This document shows, one piece after another, positions 1-13,089 of a DNA stretch of 32,339 nt. Source of the DNA: Basidiobolus ranarum (lineage: Eukaryota); NCBI GenBank assembly GCA_040143965.1, contig JASJQH010000083.1:1-32339 (forward strand), given 5' to 3'. Made by a program: the position numbers and the translations under genes. The notes beneath the pieces were generated by a model. That model saw only the letters and a program-made list of their open reading frames with translations. It made no database searches and had not been told where the DNA came from. How positions within the stretch are numbered: the first letter of the stretch is position 1; every line of letters begins with the position of its first letter.

Positions 1-440
1 GTACATTTAGCAGTAGATTCAGTTTTCTGACTTCGATAGGTAGATCTAGTCACGTGAATGGTGAATGAAACTTTAATTTTTGGGACGAAACTTAATGAAT
101 ATTAACAGCAGTTTGAATGTTGTTGCCTACTTTTTATGCTCAACTTCTGTACAAAAAGCTTTTACACAAAACCTGGTACTACCGCGGGTATTAGGGAAAT
201 AGCTGTGGCTCAAGTTTTTGGAGACAAACCACTCCAAAATCCACCAATACTTGTTGGTAATCATCAATGAATAAAATTTCTCTTCTTATTTTGGAAGCGT
301 TGACGCAACTCTAAACAAATGATTTATTTACTATTGGAACCTCGACCAATCATCTAGCACGAGAGTTTAAACAAAACCCGCACGTCTGAACTCTCGTCCA
401 TTACATTCACAACAGCACACTCAATAGCAAAGACACCTAA

Positions 441-1124
441 ATGGTATGGTTGATTGTCTCCAGCTACTATATCCCTTTAACTAAACAATGTTCTATAGGC
501 TTGCAGTATCGCCAACATCTCCGAGAAACAACTTACAGGTATTGTTGAGTTTATTTCTTGGCTGACCTAATTCAGTGATTCTAATCCTTTCATAGAATTC
601 AAGGAAGTGTTTTCTCTACATGATATACGTGGTGATGGTTATATCCCCCACGAATCCATAGGGCAATTGCTCCGCGCGCTAGGCCAAAATCCAACTCAGG
701 CTGAATTATCCTCTATTGCTAGTGCTTTTGGTAAGGTCGTTTATGAGAAATTCCTTTGTCAATCCTGGTTTTTAACAATTTTACTAGGGAGAAAAAAGAT
801 CGACTTTGCCGTATTTCTTGATATTTTGTACACAACTGGAGGCTTCGATGTAGAGTATGGCCGTCAAAAGAACCCTGAAGCTTTTGAGATATTTAACCAA
901 GATGGTACTGGCCTTATATCAGCGGGCGAACTACGCTATGGTAAGTAGACACTGAACATCCATGTAATATTCATTTGCTAATGCATTGTTTACAAACAGT
1001 ACTGACTACACTTGGTGAACAGCTCTCTGAGGCCGAAGTAAATGAATTTATTCGTGATGTAGATATCAATAATACTGGGCTTATTGATTATAATGCTTTC
1101 GTCAATCTATTGATGAGTAGTTAG
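441..1124 (+). CDS. Myosin light chain (Mlc1/Cdc4-like), calmodulin-superfamily EF-hand protein, ~151 aa, 5 exons
   Basis: Exons 441-443 (ATG only), 499-538, 596-730, 788-940 and 1000-1124, all with GT..AG introns and 456 nt in frame. The protein reads [81 protein letters not shown] and ELRYVLT.LGE.L are typical of myosin light chains. Confidence 0.9.
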
Positions 1125-2011
1125 ATATATATGTTAATTGATACCTATACTTGCACATTTGTAACATTGATACCCTTTTGATCTGTATTTACCTTAATTT
1201 CAATAAATTTTAATCATCAAGCAATCCCCATTTCTCCCCGTTTCTTTTGAGCCTCCTCGTTTATTGATATGAAATATATGGTAAAGTCAAGAATTCAGTA
1301 AATACATGAGAGTTGCACGTATATTGGAGCCATATCGATCTGGTGGTATGTACATAATAAGGGGAGATTGCCGAAAGAAACCGAAAGAAGCCACAAATTG
1401 ATATAATAACATGCACAAAGGCCACATTAATGCAACATGAATTGTGTATTGAGCATATCTAACAATTGGGTTCTCCTCGTTATATTGCGAGTGTGGGGTG
1501 GGTGGTGATCTTAATATGAAAGCAATGTCTTGCATATATTTGCACTTGACAAATTATTCAGCAGATAATTGGAATTTGCAATACCAACAATACTCCTATG
1601 TGGAATATATTGTTCTCCTAGCATCACGCGAGCTGTTCTATTTTTAATTTCAAGCTTCTTCCCTATTTGTACGACCATCTGGAGTGAGGGGAAGTTGATC
1701 TTGATGAATTTTAGACCTGTTTCGCTAATTCAGTTATTCCAATAACGCTATCCTATTTTAGTCAACCAATCCCGACATTTAAAACGAAGCCCCCTTCTTG
1801 AGAGGACGGTGGTTTTTTTCATTTTGGTTACTGAAAAGTAGTCCCAACACTGGTTTTATCTCTTTTCAGTTATCCAAGGTTGTTTTTCATTCTGCATTCT
1901 GTTCATTTCCTTCGTGTAGTTTCTTGCGTTTCTATCAATCAAAAAAGATTGATATATATTCTACAAACTCTTTCTTGTGAGTCTCTTACTTTTACAGTGC
2001 TTTAGTCTGTC

Positions 2012-3499
2012 ATGTATTTAACAAACGTCACGACCACTGGGTGGTCAAACAGACACCGGCTGTTTGCATTTTGTCTCTTGTTGATTTGCTTCCACTTTCA
2101 GTTGACATCTGCTGGTTTATTTGGTGGAAAGAACCCCAGTATACGCCAAGAGACAGTTTATATGGATACCAGTACGAACCATATCAATCCTGACAAAGTC
2201 ACAGCTCCCAACGAAATCACTTCTAGTGTTCGTAGTGTTCCCAACACTAGCTCTTTGTACGACAAGAATCTTGAGGTAAATACAAAGACTTGTTACTAGA
2301 ACCGATCACGAATTACCCACTTTCCACTATATTCTTGAAGTCTACTTGATACCAATTCCTGTTGTTACTTTCTTTCCACTGCTCTCAACGATATACAGAA
2401 ATGATACAATCAATTTCTTATCAGTGCCCCAAGTCTTAAATTATCTAGTGGAAGATACTAATGCTTAGTTTTTAGGGCATTGGTTTTATTATAGATGTTC
2501 CTTGTGTAGGGCCTCCAAGGCCCAGCTCCATGTCCACCAGTCAACGCTTACCCTATTTCCGAATTGCTCTTGTAGCCCTGAAGAATTGTTCTCTTGATTG
2601 GCAAGTAATATACGCCCAAAATAGCCAGGCTCAGGGTGCGATTATTTACTCCGAAAGTGGAGACATTGATTTAGATCACGTTCACTTCTCCATCCCTATA
2701 GTTATTCCTGTGTTCGTTGTTGGTTCGGAAAAAGGACATCAAATGGCTCAAGATATCATAGATACCCAACAGCAGCAACACGCTGGCGTCTCAAATATAC
2801 TCAAGAAACAGATTAGATTCAAAATGCAGCCTAGCGAGCGAACATTGCCCAGTGTTTGGGAATTTACTCTGATTATCGTAGTGGTACTCCTATTCTTATC
2901 GTTAGCAATATCAGGTAAGCCCTCGTTTGTTTCTCACCACCAATACTGCTCATTGATACTGATCCCACTTAAAAGTGGCCATGCATTGCCATCTGTATCG
3001 CCTCCGTCGTAATTACGCACTTCGCAACAACATCCCTGATAGTACCGAGATGATGGTCATTCATAAGAGTGGATTAGATAGGTTCCCTATTAAAGTGTGG
3101 CATCCCAAAGGGGATTTGCATGCACTCTCTTCACATGGCAAGATCGAGAATAGTCAACATTGTGCTTTAGTCATGGAACCACCACCGGCGTACGATCCTC
3201 AAAATATGCTTCCTCCCCCTCCGTTTAAATCAGAGGATGAAGAATCCGCACAAAGCGTTTGTCCCATCTGTTTGGATGATTTCATTATTGGTGACGAGAT
3301 TCGCGAATTGCCTTGTTGTCATCACTACCACGTTGAGTGTATCGATCCATGGTTAACTACCAAGTCAGGCACTTGTCCCATGTGTAAATTGGCCATATCC
3401 TCTGACCTCACTCCTGCCTATCTTCCTCCTGAGCATTCTTCCTGGTGGTATAGCATTGGAGCAACTATATTCGCCCCTTGCATGATTATTTGTCGTTAA
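2012..3499 (+). CDS. PA-domain / transmembrane / RING-H2 E3 ubiquitin ligase (RNF13/GRAIL/RMR-like), ~408 aa, 3 exons
   Basis: Exons 2012-2275, 2476-2914 and 2976-3499 join in frame. N-terminal hydrophobic signal, PA-like segment (RIALVALKNCS..AQGAIIYS..IPVFVV), TM helix (FTLIIVVVLLFLSLAISVAM) and RING-H2 CPICLDDF..LPCCHHYHVECIDPWL..CPMCK. Confidence 0.9.
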
Positions 3500-4032
3500 C
3501 CTAGTGCTATACATATGTGATTTGTTGATATTACACATAAATATAATATACCCCAGCTCGAACGCTTTATTATGACACACTCTATATTACAACCTCCACT
3601 GCGCTGTTAGGATAGATTTTTTGTTTGCTAAATCACTTTGTATTTCTCTACCCCTCTGCTTCTACATCACCTTTGTTTCCACTGCCATTTTTGTCGACAG
3701 CCTGTAATGGGTTGAGCTTGTATTGATTTGATATTTAATTGAAAGTTCTCTGATCAAAGTGTCACCCCTCCCCTTTATCATGAACAATTCTACAAATGGG
3801 TAATTTTTAAATGGCTGAGATTTGAGAACGGGCTTGTATTGTTGTACAATGGCATCATAACATAATGAAATTCATCGAAAGCATTAACATCATAGAATCC
3901 AGTCAAGATTTATATCAACTATTTGGCTTAGAAGCCGCCCATTGATTTGGCCCACTCCGCCCAAACCACTGGTGTATCTAAATCAGATGATGAGGATAGC
4001 CAGAAAGGTAAAATACAAAGCCCAAACTACGT

Positions 4033-4041
4033 TATATAAAA
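4033..4041 (+). promoter_or_regulatory. TATA box of secreted protein gene
   Basis: TATATAAAA about 70 bp upstream of the ATG at 4103. Confidence 0.55.
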
Positions 4042-4102
4042 GGGATGGATATCCACTATCGAAGAACATCTTTTAGTCAACTACGAATCCAACCAGTACA
4101 AA

Positions 4103-4750
4103 ATGAGAATTTCCCCACTTTTCGCGATTCCTTTGGTGCTTTTCACTGGTATTTATGGATGTGAGAAAGATTGTAAGGTTGCTATGGATCACGAATTTGC
4201 TCTACGATATGTACCAGTGATTAAGGATTCCTTAACCTCACTAGAAACCGAACTTGTGACTGCTCTACAAACTGATATTCATGGAAACCCCAAATTAAGA
4301 GAAGCTATTGGTCAAGTGGTGTTGAAATTTCACACGGAACTTTCAAGTGATCTATCAAATATCATGCATCATGGTATATTTGATAAATATCACGCTAGAT
4401 GTCAACAAATTGAAGTCGAAGGCTGTCCAAATTATTATTGTTCGGAAGTATGCGGTTCACCTGGATCCATCATCTATTATTTAGATGATGTACTTGAGAG
4501 AACTCGGGCTGGAGTTATTGATAAGATGAAGATATTTACCGAAGAAAATGGTGAATTTGAACAGGAGTTTGATTCTCAAGTAAAGGAGAACTACCCCACC
4601 GATCACGGTCCCAATGAGATAGTAATTCTCAAGAAAACTCTTCGCTCACAACTAGTAGAATTTCACCAAAGAGTTGAGGATGTATGTTCAACCGGATGCT
4701 TTAAGGAATGGGCACCAGAATTGATAGCTAAACTTCAACAATATGACTAA
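4103..4750 (+). CDS. Secreted cysteine-patterned hypothetical protein, 215 aa, intronless
   Basis: Signal peptide MRISPLFAIPLVLFTGIYG followed by CEKDC. It has 8 Cys, including GCPNYYCSEVCGSPGS and CSTGC. Good start context (ACAAAATG), a TATA box, and AATAAA downstream (~4824). Confidence 0.85.
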   Translation: MRISPLFAIPLVLFTGIYGCEKDCKVAMDHEFALRYVPVIKDSLTSLETELVTALQTDIHGNPKLREAIGQVVLKFHTELSSDLSNIMHHGIFDKYHARCQQIEVEGCPNYYCSEVCGSPGSIIYYLDDVLERTRAGVIDKMKIFTEENGEFEQEFDSQVKENYPTDHGPNEIVILKKTLRSQLVEFHQRVEDVCSTGCFKEWAPELIAKLQQYD

Positions 4751-5358
4751 ATCACTCATTTTTAACTTCACTTTGACATAACCCATTTTTGACCCATGTT
4801 TCCACTATATTCCCTGCTATATTAATAAAATTCCCTAAAACCTTACTGAATTGAAAACCTGGCCTGTGCTTCTTGTTCTTGAAATATCTTAGTTGGATAT
4901 TGCTGAAGTCATATGTTCATTCCTAAGTGTTCATTATAGTTCACGCGGTTTTATGTAACCATTCGGGACCATTTCTCACCACAGGAATATGGAACTTTGG
5001 ACCCACCTTTGGAAATTCGTGAGCATAAGTGACGATATGAGCCAAATATGGGAGAATCATGTTTAGTATAGGGGGAGTGAATGGGGGATAATCAAAGACC
5101 CAGCTAACCCTAAATTATCATTGATGCTGAATATTTACCCACAAACACCGGGTGACAACACTTGGATAAGCAAAAAAAGGACATGATTCGGAAACATAAG
5201 TGGTGGATTATATCATGAGTTGACGGAATTATGACGTTTTCAGCAAATGATTTCGGAAAGCAAGGAAATATAGGTTATCACTGGGCAAGTGATCAACACT
5301 TTTTGTATATAATGTTGGCTAGCTCCATCATGTATCACTTAAATACCAACTCTACACA

Positions 5359-5616
5359 ATGACCAACAGCTACCATTATCGATCTGCTTCTGATCAAACC
5401 CACCAGAAAAGCATGGATTATTTCTACAATCAGCCTACGGAGAACCACCTACACCATTCAGCATCGGTGTCCACAAAGCGAAACGATCATTCCAATCCCA
5501 TCAAAATCAGATATTCACTCCATGGGCGTAAATTAAGCAATGAGGAGGCAAAATACCACCGGAGTATAGCTATGAAGTGCAAATATGTAGTCATGAAACT
5601 TACTGGCGACAATTAG
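5359..5616 (+). CDS. Small hypothetical protein, 85 aa
   Basis: ATG in ACACAATG context with TATATAA at ~5306-5312. The ORF sits alone in an intergenic gap and has no recognisable domain. Confidence 0.45.
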   Translation: MTNSYHYRSASDQTHQKSMDYFYNQPTENHLHHSASVSTKRNDHSNPIKIRYSLHGRKLSNEEAKYHRSIAMKCKYVVMKLTGDN

Positions 5617-6034
5617 CACTATCCGCTGTAATACTTTAGAATTTTAGATTGGCTACCCTGTATATATCTCAATGTCAACCATGTAAATGATCGGATATTT
5701 CATAACCCTGATTAAAATGATGAATTCTGCAATAACACCTTGATTATCACGGCTATGTGATACATATGGATCAATTTGAATTGTTTATTGATTGTTAAGA
5801 ATCAGCGAAACGATCTCTCTAAACATCACATTTATAAACAGACAGTAGGTCATTTAGAAATCTACTTGTAATATATAATCGATCCATAAGAAATAAAGAG
5901 AAGAAATTTTCATTACAAGGTTAACATTAAGGAAGAACTTTTTTGCGTAATAGAGATAGTACAATGGAGAGTGGAGAGTGGGAAATCATTGGAAAATGTT
6001 AAAAAGTTCCATTGGGTTTCTTAGGGAATCATGT

Positions 6035-6715
6035 TTACTCCTTATCTTCTGGAACTTGATAAGTTTGTGCTAATTTGGCTTTAAATTCTTCGGTACAATC
6101 CCATAACTGGGCTGCTTCAGGATTTAATGGACTATCGTTGTTAGGTTCACCTAATAGACTTTGTAGAGATAACAGAATGGTCTGGACGTTGTAAACAGCT
6201 GACCATTGTTCTTTGAGAATATCCAAACAGATAGCACCGCTACCCATATCTACATTGGGGTGGTAGCAAGGTGTGTCAAACTTGATGGTAGGCGCAGAGT
6301 AGGGGTAATTCGAAGGGAATTTCATGGAGAGTTTGAAAGTGAGCCCTTCATAATACTATACAAAGTGTAAACAACAAGTGGAAAGACGAAGCATACGACA
6401 TAACTTACTGTTCCTGCTACTCCGGTCAAGGTTCCGACCCAGCTCAACATATTATCGGAATCAGGGAAAGCAGAAATACCAGGGATAGCAGACATCTTTA
6501 AAACCATAGACTGATGAGCTCTTTGTTTTAGTGGAAATAGCAGAGTGTGGTGTACTTACCATTAATGACATAAGCTCGCTGCTAAGGCTGAGTTGGGGTG
6601 ACAATGTTATAAATTAGGAACAGCTGAATGAAATGGCACTGAAATAAACCTACCGTTTGGTAACTGAGAAACCATCAGGGGCGGAAGTCTGGGAAGAAGC
6701 AACGTTGCTGGTCAT
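6035..6715 (-). CDS. UBE2C: Ubiquitin-conjugating enzyme E2-C (UbcH10/Ubc11 type, APC/C E2), ~165 aa, 4 exons
   Basis: Exons 6715-6654, 6587-6560, 6495-6409 and 6355-6035. The protein reads [90 protein letters not shown]. The catalytic Cys is present. Confidence 0.93.
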
Positions 6716-7637
6716 AATATATGTGTCAAGGACGTGAGGTAAGGAGAGAAAGGCTTGATATATTCGAAAGGAACGGAGTGGCTCAATTTAAAGTGAATGA
6801 GTTTTTGATCCATCATAGTTCGGGATTTCCCAGGCCATTTGCAGGATAATACCCTTGGAAATCCCGCTAACAGTATACTTTTTTTCTTTGTTTTGACCAG
6901 ACTCCCTCCTGTCAACTTTTCAGTCTATCATCACAATAACTTTTGACTAGTAAATAATTACTTCAATCGGTAAATCAAAATATACAACGTTGTTTTCAAA
7001 ACAGTAAACAACATCCGTATCATAATAGCCAATCATTACCCCCAAAATAGCGAATTCTATAATATTACTTAAAGAGTACAAATTCACCTATCTCGATAAA
7101 AGATGTAACCTAAAAACAAAACAACTCATACGATCTTACGATTATTGCTCATAAATAGCTTAATAGTAATACCCTACTTGGCGCTTTTCTTCAGATGATA
7201 TCACACTATTAGTCAAGTGTGCTTTATATGGTAAAGTCTGATCTGATGTTACTATATATCTGGCGCCTTTACTGCTTGCATGTACTTGACATTGCCAAAC
7301 AGGTTAACTTTCACACCAACTCACTTCAATGATCTTTGTGCCAGCGCAAGATAAGTGAAGGAACTAAGACTGCCAAGAGTTAAGAATCGATGGATGATAA
7401 TGTATATTGTACACAAACAAGTAGAAAACAGGACCTTCGTTAAAGAATGAAATATTGATAGTTCAAATTGGAATTTATGAATTCAAACAAGTTGCATTGG
7501 GCTCTCTACCACGGATGATTTGCCGTTACTCAAAAATCTTGGTACATTGTCGGACGCAAATAAGTTGGTACATCAGATTCTCAATAGAAATTCCCATTCC
7601 TGAGTTCGAATGGTTCTATGAAATTTGATAGGAAATA

Positions 7638-9371
7638 TTAAAGATTCCACCGTGTTCTTGTCATCTCTAACGTCTCTTCGTCCCACTCCGCAGTAGCATT
7701 GACCACGTTAGCCATAAAGACACCATCCTCTCCCAAACTCACTTGATTAATTTTGCTATAGCCGGTGTCCATATTCTTACGTTTCATTTGATGGATCTTT
7801 AACCAGTTATACAGACCAATACCAAACAAAGTAACACATAAACCAGCAATATTAATCCCAGTTACTGTATCGCCAAAAGTAACAATGGAAACGAAGATTG
7901 TAACAACTTCCTGAAAATACAAAGTTCACCGTAAGAGACATGCAAGCATCTTTGGGATAATTCAGCACCTTACCTTAAAGATACCTGCCACGGAAAGAGT
8001 AACGACAGATGTACGAGAAATCAACATAAACTCGGCAGAAACCATTAAGAATGCCATTAATCCGCCAAATAAAATAGCCAACATGGTATAACACGAAGTT
8101 GAAAAATCGGCGAAAAACGATGAACTGAACATATCACCTAATCCTTCGATGACTATGGCGCAGATTAACAGGGATCCCCACATAATTGGGGCTAAGAAAA
8201 AGATAGTAACCATGGGATTGTGAAGGCCCATCGATTCTTTTTTCAATAGAATTTGAGTCAAGGACCAACGAAGACCACCAAGAAGAGCAGCGGTCATAAC
8301 TTGGATGAACCTATAAATATAGATATATATATATTAAGTCGATGTAATGCGAAATTTCTCCCTGTTCTACATTTATACTACTAACCCAATAAGTGCAAAA
8401 GAAGTCTCGGTTACAACCATCAGTAAAACACCAAGAGAAATAATAAGGATAACTCCGATCAATGAGAACGTAGGCTTTTCCAGTTTGAATATAAACGCAA
8501 ACATCAATACAAACGCCAAAGATGATGATTTACACATTGCTGCGAAATGGTGTTAATCACTTAACGATAGGATAAAGTTTAGAAGACATCAAAAACATAC
8601 TGTAAAATGATAAGGTGATAGTTTTAAGACTAGAATTAGAAAGTCCAATATCTAAACCAGTTGCTACCCCACAAGGTACAACTTTAGTACTATGGATCAT
8701 AAGTATGAATGTTAGTTTTACACATCCAAAATCAATAACTCTTCACGAATCTATCTATCCATATATATGCAAATGTACGTACACGTAATCTTTCTTAGAG
8801 GGATGTTTAGTCGGCCTTAAAGAAGGGAACACCAATAGACACAAACCAGAGCAAATAAACTGCATCACCTGATGCATAGAGGTGATGAAAAGTGGATAAG
8901 GAAAATTGAAGTGGTCTTTATCAACCATCCATTTGTTATATAAGGAAATGCCGGTAGAAAAGATATACCTATGGAGGGAGAAGTTTTCTTATAAATATGA
9001 AATAAATATATTAGAACAAGAAACCAACCAACTTACCAAGTGAAAATGTAAAACAAGTTGAGGCAAGTTTTCTTCAAAAAAGTTTCATTATTTAAGGAAA
9101 CAGCTGGATCGTGCGTATCTTTCTCAACTTCTGAAGGCAAAGGGACTTCATAACGATTATGTGAGAAATCGTCTTCCAAAGGGCTTATAGACAACGAGTT
9201 AAGTAAGTCTTCTTCAATAGACTCTCTGGGTGAACTAGATTTTGACAGGAGAGCTGCTTTATCGTTTTCAGCGACATAGTTCGAGGTGTTGGATTGTTCT
9301 TGTTCATCGTCATCAAAAGGAGAATCAATCTCGGGGGATTGTTCCTGTATTTGCTGATGTTTCGTGCTCAT
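7638..9371 (-). CDS. Triose-phosphate-transporter (TPT) family nucleotide-sugar transporter, SLC35C2/Ymd8-like, ~457 aa, 6 exons
   Basis: Exons 9371-9037, 8968-8783, 8689-8601, 8539-8386, 8310-7974 and 7910-7638 total 1374 nt in frame. Motifs: [84 protein letters not shown]. Confidence 0.92.
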
Positions 9372-10211
9372 CGCAGCTAAAAAGTAGAATAAGGTACAAG
9401 TATCGAGGGAATGAAAAAGAAGGTTATCTACAAGATTTCATGGAGTAACAAAAGAGAAAATAAGGAGTAAATAAGAAGAGGACACACAAGATACTTTGTC
9501 TCGATACCAAACAGAATTTACGGTCTTTTTGATTGATTCCTCGAGTTGCACTGCTACAGCCTTCAACTAATATGGTTAAGGTAAGGTGGTTGTATGAGAT
9601 TGGGGACAGGAAATGTGCAGGGTTTACTTTGAGGGGTACCTCAGTATCTTATTCAAGTTACCGTGTAGTTCGTTGACATATATAATATTATTATTGTTAC
9701 CACTTAATCAAAATCATTTATCGAATATTCGATGAACTTCAAATCAATCTTTGCAAGCGAAACACCAAGCCATTTGAGTCGAGAAACACATGAAAAACCC
9801 GTTTCACTTTCTTGGAACAATCAGTCTGTGATTAAACAGGAGAATTATGGTGTGCAGTTATTGGTCATATTTGTTAATTAATGATAATTGGCTAATATTA
9901 TAAGCTACTAAGAATGTTCGTGAATTATTCCTCTAGAAGCGCAAACTTGTATAAACCACCAGAACTAAGTTAAAGTTTAATCCAATCTGAACTGAGCATA
10001 TATCCACAATTCTAGTATGAAATTCATCCAGACATTTTATGAGTTACACTTTTTTTTCAAAATATAAGATCAAGGGGTCTCAGAATATGCGATCATCCTA
10101 TTGGTTCAAACAAAGATCAGGAAGCTCAGAATCACCTCAATTAATGCGTTCAACCGAAATTGTTATTCTTTCTCTCTCTCGCTGTTTCCCAACCAAGCGT
10201 CTGTATACTTG

Positions 10212-10303
10212 GTAAGAATTGGAATTTATCTAATGCAGAACAAGCGTAGTTGAACTCTCTCTGACATCAATATTCACCTATCTTCCATCCATCTATAATG
10301 TAG
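10212..10303 (+). other. 5'-UTR intron of RPL31
   Basis: GTAAGA donor at 10212 and TAG acceptor ending 3 nt before the ATG at 10307. A pyrimidine tract (10166-10190) upstream is typical of ribosomal-protein transcript starts. Confidence 0.6.
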
Positions 10304-10306
10304 AAA

Positions 10307-10731
10307 ATGGCCAAGGAACAAAAGGGTACCAAGCGTTCCACTCTCTCCGACGTTGTCACCAGAGAGTACACCGTCCATCTCCACAAGCTTATTCACGATC
10401 GGTAAGTCCAGCAATTGTTTATGGCCACGAACTATACTCTAACTGTTGGTGTATTTATAGCCAATTCAAGAAAAAGGCACCTACTGCCGTCAAAGCCATT
10501 AAGGCTTTTGCCGCCAAGCACATGGGTACTGTTGATGTCCGCTTAGATCCTTCTGTAAACAAGCAAGTCTGGAGCCACGGTATCCGTAACGTACAACGTC
10601 GTATTCGTGTTCGTCTCTCCCGCAGACGTAATGACGATGAAGATGCCAAGGAAAAGCTTTATACCTATGTCACTTTTGTTCCTGTTACCTCTTACAAGGG
10701 TCTCCAAACCGAAGTTGTTGAGGAGAACTAG
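10307..10731 (+). CDS. RPL31: 60S ribosomal protein L31 (eL31), 121 aa, 2 coding exons
   Basis: Exons 10307-10401 and 10461-10731. The protein reads [69 protein letters not shown]. Confidence 0.97.
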
Positions 10732-11677
10732 AGAATTTCACTTTCGTATTCTTCAATATGGTATTCTCTTTATTACGTCTATAAAATACAAATACATTTT
10801 GGAAAGATCATTTGAGCTCTATTTTTGGTTTTCCAAGTTTTGTCTTTTTCAGTCAGTAAAATAGTAATTTCAAAGTGCCTTCGTATAGTGAAATTCGCAT
10901 TAATATGGCACTGATAATATAGAAGAGTTATATAGTCTTCATGCAAGCTTTAGTAATGATCTTTGCTATGGCAGACATGATGCAGCCTAAATTCCGGTCA
11001 TATTGTTACCATCGAGGATTCATTGTAACGACAGATAACGGTACAAATGATAGTATATTCGTGATTGGTGGCAATGATAATATATTCGTGATTAAGATCC
11101 TGGCCATACTGGCTCATACATCTATACCTAACCCTAAACTATCAAACAAATGTGAATTTTAGCTTGTGAGTCTAGAACAAGACATTAAATTTACACAGCT
11201 CTGTACTCCTTAATCAGTGACTAAGTTGGTGTCGAATTAAGGCACGGAGTATTAACACTAAAACAGCCCTAGTCCAACCTTACTTGTATTGTAGCACACC
11301 ATTTATTCTTCTTGATGCATATACCAATCAAATTGAGTTACTGGTCAATAGACTGCTTTTTAGTCACTTCGAATAAACTAAAAATATCGATGTCCAATGT
11401 AAATTGCCAAAAGAGAGGTATAAGCCCATTTCGTGATACATGTATGCTCATAGGAGTTACACTGTTCGAACTATTTCAACTAATTAAGATTTGTCTCAGT
11501 GCAATGAATTCATACAAAGTTTCAAACGTGCTGTAAGCTTGGTTCTTTCCTGTTATTATCTAAACCAGACATTCCCACTGCTCACCTATATTGAAGTGTA
11601 TTTGTACCTTACTTATCTTGACCTACTACGTGAACATTATCAACCTTTGAACTATGAGTATTTAGACTTTCCAAGCA

Positions 11678-13089
11678 ATGAAGGTAGCTATTTTAAATTG
11701 TTTCTTTATTCGTATCGGTGTCGATTCTTTCCAGAATATACTATTCAAATCAACTCGTCTTGATTATTTTCTGTAAGTTCTTTCAACGAGTACGTGACTA
11801 AGCCAACCCCGTTAAATTACTAGAAAATCAAAGTCAATTATCCACGAACGACACTAATTTTGTCTATATTGGAAGCACTAATAGTTATAGCATTGGAGGC
11901 ACTTGTCGCATACACTTATTCTAAAAATGTTGGCTTAGGCACTAATGACAATGAGTACAACTCTCTATTGGTGTATTTCATTATTTTTATCAGTTCGCAG
12001 GTATTTCAAGTAGTACTGGTATGGGATGCTGTAAGTAATCTTTTTCAATTGTAACGTGCTTCCAAGATTTTTTCGACCGATAAATGGAGTCTTCAGTTTT
12101 ACAATAACATCTAATGTATGTCTGTATTTTCTTTAGTTACGAAATGAGAACACTATCCAAGTAATTGCTTTCGTCTTATTCAATTTGTCCTGCTTATGTT
12201 ACTCTGTAATTCAGTACAATCAACTGAGTAAAATGGGAATCAATACTTCGCCAATGAGGTTATGCCAGTATCTGACCATTAGCATCGCTGCGACCATGTC
12301 GGTTTTCTTTCTTCTTTACATATGGCTGGGTTACCGCCTTTATCGGGAATTTGGCTGGCAAATATACAAACGTATTGGCGCGGACGTTCGAATGACGGGT
12401 AAATAAGAATTATTAGGAAAATGAGGAATTAGATAGGTTAATACTTACTCTTACCTTTATGCTATACCAGCTCGATATCGTACATATCAAATCTTTCTTA
12501 CCTTGGTCAAACTAGATATATTTTTTTTCCTTGGTTTTTGCGTCCAATTCTTGGTATTGGTGCTAGTTGGAAGTGACCCCGAGATTCCCATCACAATCGC
12601 TTCGCTGCCTATTATCGTTATTACATTAGTTCTGGCTGTTTATTGTATTCGACGTGAAAATCGAGTGATAACGGTGATTTTCTTGTTTGGTTTGTGCTGT
12701 GGAGCTGGCTATTTTACATTCAAACTGATACGAATGCAACAAAGACGCCATGAAGACCAATATCGAAGTGTCATCATCTTTTTGACGTTCTTTGGTATGA
12801 GTCTATTATTTTATGTTTCATTGAACTTTCTTAGTGTTTATTACTGATTATTTCTATATTCAGCTGCTCTATCGTTGGTCATGATTGCCGTCACTATCGT
12901 GATGACTATCCAATGCTACATAAACTTCGGCAAAGGCCTCAAATTCCACCGTAAGTTCAACTTTGTAATTGCTATGACTGAAAGAAACCATATTAAGCAG
13001 GGATTTTACAAAAATATTTAGTGGACACTGCTCGTACTATGACTCAGGCACGATCTCCTACCGAGCGTAATTTAAACTTAATTGAGTGA
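11678..13089 (+). CDS. UPF0658-like multi-pass (Golgi) membrane protein, ~317 aa; first exon uncertain
   Basis: Exons 11678-11683 (tentative), 11824-12030, 12137-12398, 12471-12794, 12864-12950 and 13022-13089. Motifs: DALRNENTIQVI, LYREFGWQIYKRIGAD, LVKLDIFFFLGFCVQF, RRENR, NFGKGLK. About 8 hydrophobic segments. Confidence 0.8.

Noticed and set aside
1287-1980. Short ORFs between the light chain and RING genes
   Set aside because: No domain features, and the composition is that of promoter/UTR sequence.
5104-5113. CTAACCCTAA telomere-like motif as an alternative telomerase template
   Set aside because: It lies in a short promoter region without the dense helices or processing signals. More likely a telobox promoter element or chance.
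10212-10303. Intronic C/D snoRNA in the RPL31 UTR intron
   Set aside because: CTGA is present but there is no box C (RTGATGA) or terminal stem.
11127-11137. CCTAACCCTAA telomere-like motif downstream of RPL31
   Set aside because: AT-rich context with no evident structure. It does show that such motifs occur by chance, so the 21401 call rests on its context.
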